Assembly: GCF_016432865.1 (NCBI RefSeq)
Contig: NC_067402.1
Coordinates: forward strand, 299,460,001 to 299,524,000
Origin: Antechinus flavipes
Taxonomy: Eukaryota
Direction of reading: 5' to 3'
DNA length: 64,000 bases
How positions within the stretch are numbered: the first letter of the stretch is position 1; each line of letters starts with the position of its first letter. A program made the position numbers and the translations under genes. The notes beneath the pieces were generated by a model. The model had not been told where the DNA came from. It saw only the letters and a list, made by a program, of their open reading frames with translations, and did no database searches. Shown here in pieces: positions 36,526 to 49,500 of this stretch.

Positions 36526-37695
36526 GCAGGTACACCCTTACCCTGATCCTGCCCCCTAATTCCCCTCTCACCTGGCCAAGAATATCCCCAAATCCCCTAG
36601 CCACTCCCCAGCATTCAAGACCTTTATCTGGACCCTTCCTTCTGCCTGCTCTTCACTGTCATGCCTTTCTGGGCATTTTCAGGATTTTTCCAGGAGGCAC
36701 TTGGGGGGACCCGTCTGCATTTCTCTGTAAAGAGAGTTCTGCTGGATTTTTGCTTTTGTTTTCCCCTTTGAGCAGGAATGACTACCTCAGTGCCTGGGTA
36801 TCCTGACCAGGCAAGAAAAGACTCCATTCTCCTTGAATGCGCAGCTTCCCCTGGCCAGAGGCCCCAAAGACAGCCAGCTCCATGGAGGCTCTCTCTTCAG
36901 TCTGGCCCTCATCTTCAGCAGCCTCCTCTGCCTTCCTGAAGGCTGTGTGTGGGATTTTCTTTATTGGGCTTTCCCCTGCTCCCCCAACCGAGACTCTGCC
37001 TCTGGAGACCAGGGCACCAGTGATTCTCCCTCCTGCCCCTGGGCTTGGTGTATTTGCTGTCTGGAGCCAGATCACTACCCCTGTTATGGCCCAGAAGACC
37101 TTGTTTGTGGTGTTGGTGAGGAGCCCTGCTCTGAAGTGGTCCCCATTCAGTGACCCCCAAGACTAGACAGGGGGAATATGGGGTTTTTTTGTTATTCACA
37201 TTGAGTGTGTTTATTCTCAACTTGGTTTTCATCTGGAGCACTTTGGATAGCAGTGAGAGGTTGGGGTGGAATGGGACTGCCTCCTACCAGGAGGATGCCT
37301 TTAGACATAAGTGCCATTGAAATTATAATTTCTGTTTTAGTAGCCAGATACACTCCTTTAGACATTGCAAGTTGGAGTATTTTAATTGCCTCCAAGAGAA
37401 GTGGAGTAGGGGGACCTGGCTGTAAATGTTCTGAGCAGATACCTCACAGCTGCAGGTCAGATGGGGGTTCTGCTTAGGAGCCTTCTGACAGGGGCATCTT
37501 TGTATTATCTCAGGAATTCTGGTGAAAAGGGCAGTGGGTGATTCTCCTGTTTCAGTTAAAAGTATCAAGGAATCTAATGCAATTTGTTTGGCTTTTGTTG
37601 GGGGGAGGGTTGAGTAGGAAGAGGAATTCATTTTAAAGGCACTTCCTTCACACTTGGATTCAAAGTTAATAATTTTTTTTCTAGGATTTCTTCTA

Positions 37696-37701
37696 AATAA
37701 A
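37696..37701 (+). terminator. Poly(A) signal of copy 3
   Basis: AATAAA plus GT-rich element. Confidence 0.6.
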
Positions 37702-40494
37702 ATTGTTGGTTTGTTTATATGTGTGTTTCTCATAGTTTCTCATGGGTTGATATGTTTGGGGTAGGAATCACATGAGGATAGTAGGCGCTAATGGAGAGAC
37801 GGCTGGGTTTCAGAGTGAGGAAGGTATGTGTTTTAGCTGTGGGACCTTGGGCTTCAGTTTTCTCACCAGTGAGAAGTGGGGAGGAGAAGGGGAGGGTTGA
37901 TCTAGACTCTCAAGTCCCTCTTAACTTTACCACTGGAGTGGGTCTAAGTCTCTGAAGCTCAGTTCAATGAGATGGCAGTGATGCCTAGAAATAATCTTAT
38001 CTATCATCTGGCCAACAGGTGTCAGAATATTTATGTCTGAATCTATTATCTCTATATTAATCAATCATCTCTCTTATTGTCATCTATCATTTATTATACA
38101 TCAGTTCTATATCATCTATTATCTCTAATCTTTTTATGCAATTATCATTTCTCTCTCCAGAGTTGCCCTCCATCTCATTTTTATCTTAAAGTAGTCAAAA
38201 ACACTCATGTTGTATTTAATAATGTTCTCTAATTCTTCTTTGTCCAAAATTTCCTCCCTTCTCCTGACAAGGTGGACTATTCCTTGGTCTCCTAATACAC
38301 CTATAATATTGCCCTTCATGTCTAAACCATGAACCCATTTGGACCTCATATTGGTGTAGGGTGTTAGAAGTTAGTCAAAGTCTAGCTTCTGCCATAGTAT
38401 TTTCCAATTTTTCTAGCAATTTTTGTCAAATAGTTCTTATCCCAGAAACGGGTGTCTTTGGGTTTAATCAGACACTTGATCACTATTAATCATTGATCAT
38501 TTTGTCTTGTGTACTTAATCTATTCCAAAGGTGGTTGAGTCAGAACTGCCACTCAAAAGAAATATCCTCACAAATGAGGTTGACTCAAATGCTACCTGAC
38601 ATCTCAGGAGTGGGGAGGGCAAAGAAACTAAGGCAGAGCGGCAGGGGATGCTTTGATAGGAGGAGGGTCCCTTGATCTTGGAAAAGAGCATTTAGAAACA
38701 GTGGATTCAAGAGTCAAGACCCTGTGTAAAGCTTGGATCATATGTCCTGTGTTTGGGGAGGAAATGGTGTATATATCCCCTCACAGGCCTCAGAGAATCA
38801 GGGGAACACAACTAGTTTCCTATGCCCCTGGCCTTCTCATTCTTTAAGAACAACAGGTGAGGAAGAAGACAGCTGTTAGATCAGCCTGTTCTGTTGGGAA
38901 ATAGCTGATGATTTGCCATGGGGCTGGTAGTCCAACCCAGGAGACCTAGATGATGTAGTTTTCCTCAAGGAACTGTTGTATACAGCAAATAGATCAACCT
39001 TCAGACCTGGATTCTCCATGATCCCCTTGCTTTCCATTACCTAGCTAAGCCTTCTAAGCCAGACTGTGTAGCTCCTGTGGGTCCTGATATTCTACTGTCC
39101 ACAAGCATCATTTTTGATGCTCCAAATCACAATCATCCCAGCCTCTTTTGTATGGGGGTCAGAAGGTTGAGATCAGCATCCCTGGGCTTGTTGTGGAGCC
39201 CATCCAGAGCAAAGCAATCCATCAGCTTGGCTTATAACTGGTTTGGCTGAGGAGAACTTGCCTCTTTCTTCTCTCCCACAATGGTGACACATACCACTAC
39301 TCTCCCTCTCCATGACAGTACCAAGAGGACTGAGGTATATTGGGACAGCTGCTGCTCCCTAGACTGGAATTGGACTCTGATTCACCAGATTTGTCTCTAT
39401 TCCTTTTAAATAACATAATTTTCATATTGTGCTTGATAATGAGGTCATTAGGTGCCACAAGAGGGAAATGGAGATGTAGATTCCAGCCATTTAGATAAAT
39501 TGGGAATGCATTGGTAGACACAATTTATCCATTTTATCTGTCCAGTAACTTCTTCTTTATGGAGATTCCCCTGGGATTCTTAAGAATCTTCCTAGCACTG
39601 TGAGATCCCAGGAGAAGTGGGTCTAGATTGCTGGTCCCATCTGTAGTCTTTTCCCTGGTCTTTGTAGAACCCTGGTTTTACTCATGTTTCTCCAGTTCAC
39701 ATGAACTACATTAGTTTTCTTCTTTTCTAGCCATTTTTTTCTGACTATGAAACTAGCTCCCCCTCACCTCTCCAACCCAGAGTAGAAGAATCCACACCAA
39801 AGTCTCTGGTCGACCAGACCACACAGAACACCTACTTTGTCTTTCAGAGATCTAAGAGAGGCACTGAGTTTGTGATAGTAATTATCATGGCCATTTGAGT
39901 TGGAAGTCCAACTTTCAAGGAAGCTGTGGGATTAGATCTCCCCTTGCTATCTTGTGCTGATGTGCTACAGAGATGGGTTCAGCTTCTTCAGGCTGTCAAG
40001 AGACTGACAGGAGAAAGGGTGACAATTCTGAAGTTAGTGCAGAACAGCATTTTAAAGACAGGGAGAGCTAGTCATGCTGGGCTGGCCATAGCTGCAAACA
40101 TGTGCTTCATCCCCTGCTGAGCAGTGTTCCCCTTTGAGGACTGGTGTATACATGACTTAAAAAAGATAGCAAAGATGAGTGTCCTGAGGGAGACAACTGA
40201 TTGGCCCTGGTCTTCAAAGAATGAGTGAATCCACTCCAAAAGGAGAGATGCCATCCTTAAAAGTTGCAACTGTTTTGAAGTGTCCCCAAACAGGAAACTG
40301 AGAGAAAGTAGGGTGTCACTCAGCTCAGCCCCAGCCTGACCCTCAAAGCCCTAGTGTGGACTCACAGAAATACTTAGTAAAAACAATTTTAAAAGGAATA
40401 TATGGTTCTAACTCTGCCTGAAAGGCCAAGGATTGGAAGCAGAATTGGCTCAGTAGAAGGTATCAAATGGGTCTGCTGAACCTTGTTACCAGTT

Positions 40495-43400
40495 GCCATC
40501 CCCTGGCATGTCAGGGCTAGGAGGAGGAGAGAGAAAGGAGCAAGGTATAGGAGAAGGTAGGCTAGGGAAAATTAGGGAGTGAGACCACCCAATATGGGGA
40601 GGGCCCTTTGGCTTCCTTAGTTGCTACCTGAAAAATGATAGTGAAAAGCCAAGGGAGGGGTGAGGGATGCAAGAAAGGGGTGGGGAAGAACAGGACCCGC
40701 AATCACTTTGTAATATTCGGATGGCCAAGCCCCTTGCTGAACCAACTGCTCCGAGGCCAATTATTGAAAAGTCCCCCACTTCTATGCACGGATTTCATAA
40801 AGCAGCTGCTCTTGCCCATCCTTGAAGCCATTATTGGCTGTCTCTGGATAAAAGATCTTGCGGTTTTGTCTACAAGAAGAGCTTCCCTCCTCCCCTCCCT
40901 TTCCAACTTCCTCCAGATGACAAAGGCCCATTCTCTGGGGAATGGCTGTCCCAGAGCAGCCAGAAATCCTCACACCCCGACCGCGGTGACTTTGAGGCCT
41001 CCGCTGGGAGGGAAGGCCGAGGTCCGCGGGGCCTTGCGGGAAACACGGTTCTTTCGGGTCCCGATATCTCGGAACCACCCTCTACAAGGGCCGGTTCCCC
41101 AGATCTACCTGCGCCACCACCACCGTTGGAGATCTTCCCACCTTCAAATCCAGGTCCCTGGGTGAGGACATTTCTTCGAGTGGCCACTGCGGACTGGCCG
41201 AGAGCCCGGAAACCCCGCCCCTTCGGACAGCTTTCGCCACCAAGCAGATCAGCACTCTGGACAGCTCCTCCAAACGCCCGCACTAACTGGGCGAGGCAGA
41301 GAGGAGGAAACTGGCGGGCGGGATGCAGCTGTCCCAAATTTTAGATCAAAGCCTGGGTCCAAAGTCGCCGCAAGAGGCTGAAACGCCCCCCGACCCTCTC
41401 CAGGCTTCCCCCTCCACTTTTACATCTCCCTGCCCTAGGGCTAGCACCACTGCCGCCGCGGGCCTCCCATACGTGTACCCCGGTTGGCTCCGGGGGCCCG
41501 AGCTTGCCAGGAGCTTTTGCTGCTCCCCCTCCGCCCCCTCTGCACTTTCCCTGGCTTCTGACAAGTTGCCTCTCCCACCATCACGTAGTGCTGGCTCATC
41601 CGCTAAGCGGCTGTCCAGACCAGGCCTCCTTCTTGAGGGCAATGTGACCTTAGAGGCCTATAATCCCCCCTGGTGGGGGGTGACTGGTACTGAGAGAGGA
41701 GAGAGAATAAGAGAGCAAGAGATAGATCCCTCCGGAAGAGAGTCTAACTCGGAAGACTTCAGGAATTAATGGTCTGCTCTGTCTTCTGCCCCATGGCAGT
41801 ACTCCATACATGAACTTGTACATATTTGCGAAATTATTTGAAGTACATTATGAACAGAGAATTCTTTATGGACATATTAAACATGGGTTTTTTGAATAAA
41901 TTAATAAAATAGCTTCCACATTTGTAAAGGTACTACAACTTTTTTCCATTCATCTCTGCCCTTGAATGGGCAATCTTTTCTTATCTTGATAATTAATCTT
42001 AGCAGTTACATTCCACACGTTTCCTTTTCTCCCTTGGCTGATTCCTTTCTTTCTCTACTCCTCCTTTCCCTCTAAAATGCTTTCCTGCTCTTCCCCAAAT
42101 CCCTACAGAATATTGTTATTTGACTGTGTATTCTAAAGTGGCCTGAAAAGTTAGAGAAGCACCGAATCTATATCCTAAGAATCTAAATTTGCTCCATCTG
42201 ACAAGCAGCACCACTATCCTAGCCCATGATATTCTATATAGGAGGGGCGGATCACAAACGTAGATAAAAGATATGAGAGATGTGGAAGAAGAAAGAAGAG
42301 GAGGCAAATGGAGAGTGCCCTTAATTTTTTTCTGTAAAAATGAGGTATAAAGTTCTTAGTTGAGAGTTGAGGGAGGGAAGCAATGAAACAGTCGAGGAGA
42401 GGTGTGAGAAGATTTTCGAGATCTGCTGTGGACAGTGAGAGAGTGAGCTAATAAGGGTGATCTATCTTCTTGGAAGCTCAGGGGAGAGCTGAGTGCCAGG
42501 TGGATCCCAAGGGTATTCAACAAGGATGAGCATCTCTGATGTGAGGGCTTGGCAAATTGTTCTAGGTGTATTTATAGTGTTACACTTTGAACGTCAAACC
42601 TTTTTGGTAAGTCATTTGGTTGAGGATAAAAACAATGGGTGAAGTGCTCTGCAAAAGCCAAAGTGCCGCAATGAGCCTCCATGGTGGCTTTTCCTAGCAA
42701 ACCCCGGTATGGGCTTTATCTAAGGGGCCTCTCCCTCTCCCAGAGGCCGGCTCTCTCCTATCCAGTCTGTGTGTGGCCTGCCCATCCAGCATTTATAGGA
42801 CCAGTGTTGTTCATCCGCAAAAGGATACCTGCATTAGGCTTAGGGTACTCCTTTGATGTTTCAGGATAAAACAATTTCCGGCCCTGTGCAGGGGAAACGC
42901 ACCCTAGATCAGCATCCAGTTTATAGCAGAAAGCCCCAGGAAGTCGGAGCAGACATGGTGCTCCATAAAGAATCTGCTTCCTTAGAAAAAGAGGGAGAAG
43001 TGAAGGAGGGAGGAGAGTGATGGTGTGGAAGAGGGAGAGAAACACTTTGGGGAAGGGGAAGAGAAGATGAGAATAAGGAGGTATTTCTCCTAGGAAACCT
43101 TGGTAGCAATTGCACCCTCCTTGAAATCTTTATGGCAATTGCCACAGAGCCCAGAGGGCGCTGGTTTTGGGCATCCAGTAAAAATAGCTGGCAGGAGAAA
43201 TTCTGCAGCAAACCCCTGGATCTTGGGCTTCCTATCAGCAATCTAGCTTGGAGGGCAAGAAGAGCCTGGAGGGTGAAAGGTGTCCCATCCCCCAACCTCA
43301 AGCAGGTCTGCAAAGTTCTCTGAGATCTTTCCAATCCTGAAGTCCTAGCTAGATTTCTAAACCTTGAATGGGGGTATAAACGAGCCATTACTGAAATTAT

Positions 43401-43735
43401 TTGCTGCTGATTCAGAAAGGGAACAGCTTGGAAGAGGAAGCATCATGAATAATTACACTGAAACCAATGGGGGATAAACCTGAGAACTTCATTCCTGACA
43501 GGAGAAGGCTGTAATACTCTAGAATAGACAAGGTTTGGAAAATGGAAAGCATTTTTGGCAGAAATTAGGTTTAGAAAAATTTACATCCAAGATATTCCTG
43601 AGCGCTGTCCCAGATATCAATGTGTGAGCAAGGTCAAATAAAGGGAACGGATACATTACCTAGGACAGAAAGCAACTTCTGAATATTTCTCTCTTATGCC
43701 TTCTTTGCCCACAAATTATAGCCAGACATTGTTGA
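40495..43735. repeat. Block B, longest copy, upstream of copy 4
   Basis: Homologous to 15756-16140 and 31560-34440. Confidence 0.85.
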
Positions 43736-45063
43736 TGGAAGAGACAGGAAAGAGCTTTAGGATTTAGGATGAAACGATTAGGATTTTTGGAATTGTCTGT
43801 GTTGTTACCTAGCACCACTCAGGGGCTTTTAGTTGTCCCCCTCCCTTCCCATTCCCTAATTCCCACTTGCCTTTTGAAAGATTTCAGTGGTAGCATGGTC
43901 TGTATAGTCAGGAGATCTGGGTTCTAGTCCAGTTCCATCTGCGCCCATAAATAGCTTTGTGCTCATGGGAATATATACCTGCACAAGGCAAAGTGAATAT
44001 AAAGGAGTTAGAGTTTATGTTTTATGAGCCTTAAAGTTCTATACAAATGTCTGTTGTTATCATTGTTGCTGTTGTTGCTATCATTATCGTCATTACCCAA
44101 ACCAAAATTCTATGAAATGACATGATGGATCTCACAGCTCTTTCAGACCCTCAAAGTAATAAAATAACCGTGAGGGGTATCATTTGCACATTTTTATTCT
44201 CCAGGTTTGTTTTCTAATCTAAAGCAAAGGCCAAACAAGTCTTGTCCTGGAGTTCTGAGGAAGAACCCACCCAAAGAGGCTTGGCACGGGCCAGGAAAAC
44301 AACGTGAAACAAGTCTGCCTGAAGTTTAAGGAGATCGGAAAACAAGATGAAAGTGGGGAGGGACTGCGGACTCGCAGGCGTCAGTGGCTGCAAGGAAAAG
44401 GCGAGGTTGCCCAGAGTCATTGTGGGGAAGGAATATAATTTGCAGGTAGATAAAGAAGGAACAGAGAGAATGAGTACCTCAGTGCATAACAATGGGGTCT
44501 TTAGGGTGTGAAGTGCGAATTAGGGAAAAGAAACCCCAAGTGACAAAGGCTGCTTTTTCCCTTGGGGTCTGCAGGAGGGAGGACTTTAGGGCGCTCAATC
44601 CTTTAGTGCAGAAGCACTGGCTCTTGTACTTTCATCCCAGGGGCAGAACTACCCTGGCCCCAGTCAATAAACCTTGATGCCCCACATATACTTACCCAAA
44701 TTCCCAAGGGTGGGTTTCTCGAGCTACCAAAACACTGCCACACGGGATCCTCAGAGCTCCAGCAAAGGTAGACCAAGGGTTCCCTGAGGCGCTTGTAGCG
44801 AGAGGTGGGGCTCCTCAAAATCTTTTGGGGTGGAGCTTCCAAAATGAGGGAGGTTCCCCACATCCTAAAAGAGTAGGGCGTGGTTCCGCTGAGTCTCCAT
44901 TGCCTAGGGGCGGGGTTCCCCAAATCAACTTGGAGACCTGGGTTTCCCAGAAGCCCCTACTGTATGCAGAAGGCGGGCCTCTACTTCTGCGATGCGAAGT
45001 CGTTCCACCCTTAAAGGCTAGACCCGAATGCGACCCGACTGGTATTTTTACAGCTCCGAAACG

Positions 45064-45787
45064 GTATGTAGAGGCCAGCTGTCAGTTAACAGCAATGGGG
45101 TGGGAGGCAAATAGAGCCCACGTTACTGCCATCTTGGACTGCATCAATGCGGGAGGCATTGGCTCAGCTCGGCTCCTCGTGGGGCCGGATTAGTGCTGGC
45201 AGTGTCGCTGGGCTCGCCTCCCCTCCTCCCACCTTAGCTACCCCAGCCCATACACTTTGGGTTGTATCATTGCAGGTTCAGTTGGGGGAACCGGCCAGAG
45301 ACTCTCAGCCCCTCAGATGCAGGAGCCCAAGCCGAACCCCTTTGGCCTACATTACTGTGGAGGAGCATAGGCTGTAGAAATAGTAAGCACTATTCTGTGG
45401 CCTTTTAGAGCCTTCCGAATTGACCCCGGGGTTTTCTGGTCTCGAGGTGTGAGAAGGGCGCCAATAAATCTGAGAGTGTCCTGGAGAGGTCAGCCCGAAA
45501 GGGAGGGCCTGGAGCCCACGTGCTCTAATGAGTTTGCAACTGGTCAGCAAGAGCCAGGGGATTCAGAGATTTCCAGTATCTGAAGTTCTGTCACTGCGAG
45601 GGGCGGAGGGTTGAGCCTTGTTGGGTTGGGCCCTAGAGAGCTGAGGAGTGGGGGAGAGGGTTGGCAAAAAAGGCAACTGAGGCTGGAGGCCAAAGGAAAG
45701 TCTTCCTCCTGAGAAGTGACCTCCTGTGAAATGGCCTGACTTCTTGCAGCCTAGAAAGTAGACTGGAGACCACTTGAGCCCTTTCAG
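45064..45787 (+). other. Predicted 5' UTR intron of copy 4
   Basis: ACG|GTATGT donor; ccctttcAG|ttctcATG acceptor. Confidence 0.5.
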
Positions 45788-45845
45788 TTCTCATGACTTC
45801 TTGTGTCCATACCTCCATAGGTGATCCAGACAACGCAGAACCAAG

Positions 45846-46418
45846 ATGTATAAGTTGGCGGTGATGGGCACTGGTTCTGTGGGCAAGAGTGCACTGACCA
45901 TGCAGTTTCTTGAGAATCGTTTTGTGACCGAGTATGACCCCACCATTGAAGATTCCTACCGGAAGCAAACAGTGGTGGACGAAGAGCCGTGCCAGCTGGA
46001 CATCCTGGATACCACAGACATAGAAGAGCACTATCCTCTGAGAGACCAGTTCATGCTTTGGGGAGAGGGATTCCTCTTTGTCTATGCAGTAAATGACCGC
46101 AACTCTTTTGAGAATTTGAATTTCTTTTGGCAACATCTGCGGAGGCTCAAGCAAACCGCCCGAGTACCTGTGGTGTTGGTGGCCAACAAAGTAGATGTGA
46201 CCGACAGGCTTGTGGAAACCACACTGGGCCAGGAGGTGGCCAGGAGTTTAGGGGTCCCTTATGTGGAGACATCAGCCAAGACTGGGCAAGGTGTGGAGCA
46301 AGCCTTCCATGAGCTGGTTCGTGAAATTCGGAGGATCCGAGCTGAGGAGGAACTCAAGAGAGTCTCTAATACTGAGGAGAAGGAGGCTTGTGGGTGCAAA
46401 TGTTGCACCATCCAGTGA
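45846..46418 (+). CDS. Ras-like GTPase copy 4 (190 aa from second Met; N-terminal extension out of frame; CaaX CTIQ)
   Basis: G1 GTGSVGKS, canonical effector loop YDPTIEDSY, G3 DTTDI (G60D), NKVD, ETSAK. The upstream ATG at 45793 is 53 nt away (1-nt deletion). May be a pseudogene. Confidence 0.75.
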   Translation: MYKLAVMGTGSVGKSALTMQFLENRFVTEYDPTIEDSYRKQTVVDEEPCQLDILDTTDIEEHYPLRDQFMLWGEGFLFVYAVNDRNSFENLNFFWQHLRRLKQTARVPVVLVANKVDVTDRLVETTLGQEVARSLGVPYVETSAKTGQGVEQAFHELVREIRRIRAEEELKRVSNTEEKEACGCKCCTIQ

Positions 46419-47134
46419 GCAGGTACACCCTTACCCCGATCCTGCCCCCTAATTGCCCTCTCACCTGGCCAAGAATACCCTAAAATCCCCTAGCCACTCC
46501 CCAGTCTTCAAGACCTTCATCTGGACCCTTCCTTCTTCCTGCTCTTCACTGCCAAGCCTTTTGGGACCTTATCAGGATTTCTCCAGGAGCCTCTTGGAGG
46601 GACCCGTCTATGTTTCTCCATTAGGGACTTTTTGGATTTTTGCTTTTGTTTCCCATTTTGAGCAGGAATGATTTCCTCGCTGCCTGGGTATCCTGACCAG
46701 GCAAGAAAAGACTCCATTCCAACTTGGGTGCTCAGCCTCTCCCCGCCTCTTTGACTGCCAGAGCCCCCAAAGACAGCCAGCTCCCTGGAAGCTCTCTCTG
46801 TAGTCTGGCCTCTTCCTCTACCTTCCTGGAGGCTGTGTGTGAATTTTCTTTATTAGGCTTTCCCCTGCTCCCCCAACAGAGACCCTGCCTCTGGAAACGA
46901 GGGCACAAATGATTCTCCCTCCTGCCCTGAGCTTGGTGTATTTGCTGTCTGGCACTAAGTCACCACCCCTGTTGAGGCCCAGAATTCTTTTTTGGATGAT
47001 GGTGAGCAGCCTTGCTCTGAAGTGGTCCCCATTCAGTAACTCTCAACACCAGACGAGAGGAATATAGGGTTCTTTTTTTGTTGTGTTACATTTCATGTGC
47101 ATTTTTGTTCTCAATTTGCATATCATCTGGAGCT

Positions 47135-47295
47135 CTTTGTTTCGTTTGTTTGTTTTTCTGAGGTAATTGGAGTTAAGGGACTTGCCCAGAATCACACTGC
47201 TGGGAAGTGTTATAAGTGTCTTAGACCTGATTCGAACTCTGGACTTACTGCCTTGGGGGCTGGTGCTCTAGCCATTGTGCCATTTACCTAACTCT
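47135..47295 (-). mobile_element. SINE in 3' UTR of copy 4
   Basis: Antisense SINE inserted at catctggagc; same site is occupied in copy 5 and empty in copies 2 and 3. Confidence 0.75.
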
Positions 47296-47741
47296 GGGGC
47301 AGTTTCCAAAGCAGTGAGGGGTTGGGATGGAATGGGGCTTTCTCCTACTAGGAGGCATTAAAATTATAATTTGTTTTAGCAGCCAGATAAAATCCCTTTG
47401 AACCTTGCAAATTTCAGTATTTTAATTGCCTCCAAGAGAAGTGGAGTGGAGGGGCCTGGCTGTAAATGTTCTGAGCAGATACCTCACAGCTGCAGGTCAG
47501 GTGGGGGTCTGCTTAGGAGCCTTCTGACAGGGGCATCTTTGTATTACCTCAGGAGTTCTGGCGAAAAGGGCAGTGGATGATTCTCCTGTTTCAGTTAAAA
47601 GTGTTAAGGATTCTAAAACTACCCATCTGACTTTTTTTTGGGGGGGGGATAGTGGAGTTTGAGTAGGAAGAGGTATTCATTATAAAGTGACTTTCTATAC
47701 ACTTGGATCCAAAGTTGATTGTTTTTCTATTATTTCTTACA

Positions 47742-47747
47742 AGTAAA
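47742..47747 (+). terminator. Variant poly(A) signal AGTAAA of copy 4
   Basis: Position homologous to AATAAA in the other four units. Confidence 0.5.
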
Positions 47748-48629
47748 AGTTGTTGTTTTGTTTATACGTGTGTTTCTGGTAGTTTCTCATGCGTTGATAT
47801 GCTTGGGGTATCTAAGGTACCTGAGGGCAGTATGGCCTAGTGGAGAGAGAGAGCTGGGTTTGGGAGTGAGGCAGGCAGGGTGTTTTAGCTGTGGGACTTT
47901 GGTCTTCACTTTTTTCACCAGTTAGATGTGGGGGAGGAGAAGGGGATCGTTGGTCTAGATTCTCAGGTTCCTCTTAACTCTATCACTGGAGTGGGTCTAA
48001 GTATCATCTGGCCATCATGTACCATAATATTTATGTCTGAATCTGTAATCTCTATATTACCTAATCATCTCTATTAAGTCATCTACCATTTATTAGAGAT
48101 CAATTCTATATCATCTATTATCTCAGATCTTTTTATGTAGTTGTCATTTCTTCCTCAACACTTTCCCCCCACCTCATTTTTAACAATCAAAAATACTCAT
48201 TTTGCAGTTCATAATGTTCTCTAATTCTTCTTTGTCCAAAATTTCCTTCTTCTCCGAAGATGTGACAAGATAAATTATTACCTTGCTAGTTTGCCTATAA
48301 TATTTCCCTTTATGTCTAAATTGTGAACCCATTTTGACTTTATGTTGTCGTAGGGTGTTAAATGTCAGTCAATGCCTAGGTTCTGCCGTAGTATTTTCCA
48401 ATTTTCCTAGCAATTTTTGTCAAATAGAGAGCTCTTGTCCCAAAAATTGGAGTCTTTTTAGGTTTAATTAAATACTCGATTGTTATATTTACTGACTACT
48501 GTGTCTTGTATACTATGTATATATATATATGTATGTATATAAAAGTATAATATATATACACTTGTATACTTTTATACTTAACCTATCCTACTAGTCAGTA
48601 CCCCAAATGATTTTGATGACTGCCTCTTT

Positions 48630-49500
48630 TTAAAAAATTTTAATAGCTTTTTATTTACAAGTTATATGCATGGGTAATTTTACAGCATTGACAATTGCCA
48701 AACCTTTTGTTCCAACTTTTTCACTCCTCCTCCCCACCCCCTCCCCCAGAGGGCAGGTTGATCAATACATGTTAAATATATTCAAGTATGAATTAATACT
48801 TATTTTGTGTACATGTCCAAACCATTATTTTGCTGTACAAAAAGAATCGGGACTCTGAAATTGTACACTATTAGCCTGTGAAGGAAATCAAAAATGTGGT
48901 GGGCAAAAATATAGGGATTGGGAATTCAATGTAATGGTTCTTAGTCATCTCCCAGAGTTCTTTTGCTGGGCGTAGCTGGTTCAGTTCATTCCTGCTCCAT
49001 TGGAACTGATTTGGTTCATCTCATTGCTGAAGATGGCCAGGTCCTTCACAATTGATCATCATATAGTATTGTGGTTGAAGTATATAATGATCTCCTGGCC
49101 CTGCTCGTTTCACTCGGCATTAGTTCGTGTAAGTCTCTCCAGGCCTTTCTGAAATCATCCTGTTGGTCGTTTCTTATCAAACAATAATATTCCATAATCT
49201 TCATATACCACAATTTATTCAGCCGTTCTCCAACTGATGGGCAGTCACTCATTTTCCAGCTTCTAGCCACTACAGACAGGGCTGCCACAAACATTTTGGC
49301 ACATACACGTCCCTTTCCCTTCTTCAGTATCTCTTTGGGGTATAAGCCCAGTAGAAACACTGCTGGATCAAAGAGGATGCACAGTTTGATAACTTTTTGA
49401 GCATAGTTCCAAATTGCTCTCCAGAATGGCTGGATGTGTTCACAATTCCACCAACAATGTATCAGTGTCCCTCTTTTCCCACATCCCCTCTAACAGGTGA
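48630..49500 (-). mobile_element. L1 3' end (ORF2 C-terminus plus 3' UTR)
   Basis: Antisense ORF 49046-49360 (LLGLYPKEILKKGKG...KLWYM...DDQL) plus 3' UTR G-tract. Confidence 0.85.

Noticed and set aside
40545-40870. Kinase-like snippets (IGEGRLGK, VA.KMIVK, CTDFIKQLL; antisense GHPNITK)
   Set aside because: They are in different frames or strands, far too close together for a kinase domain, lack HRD/DFG/APE, and are not frame-conserved in the 15.8-16.1 kb copy.
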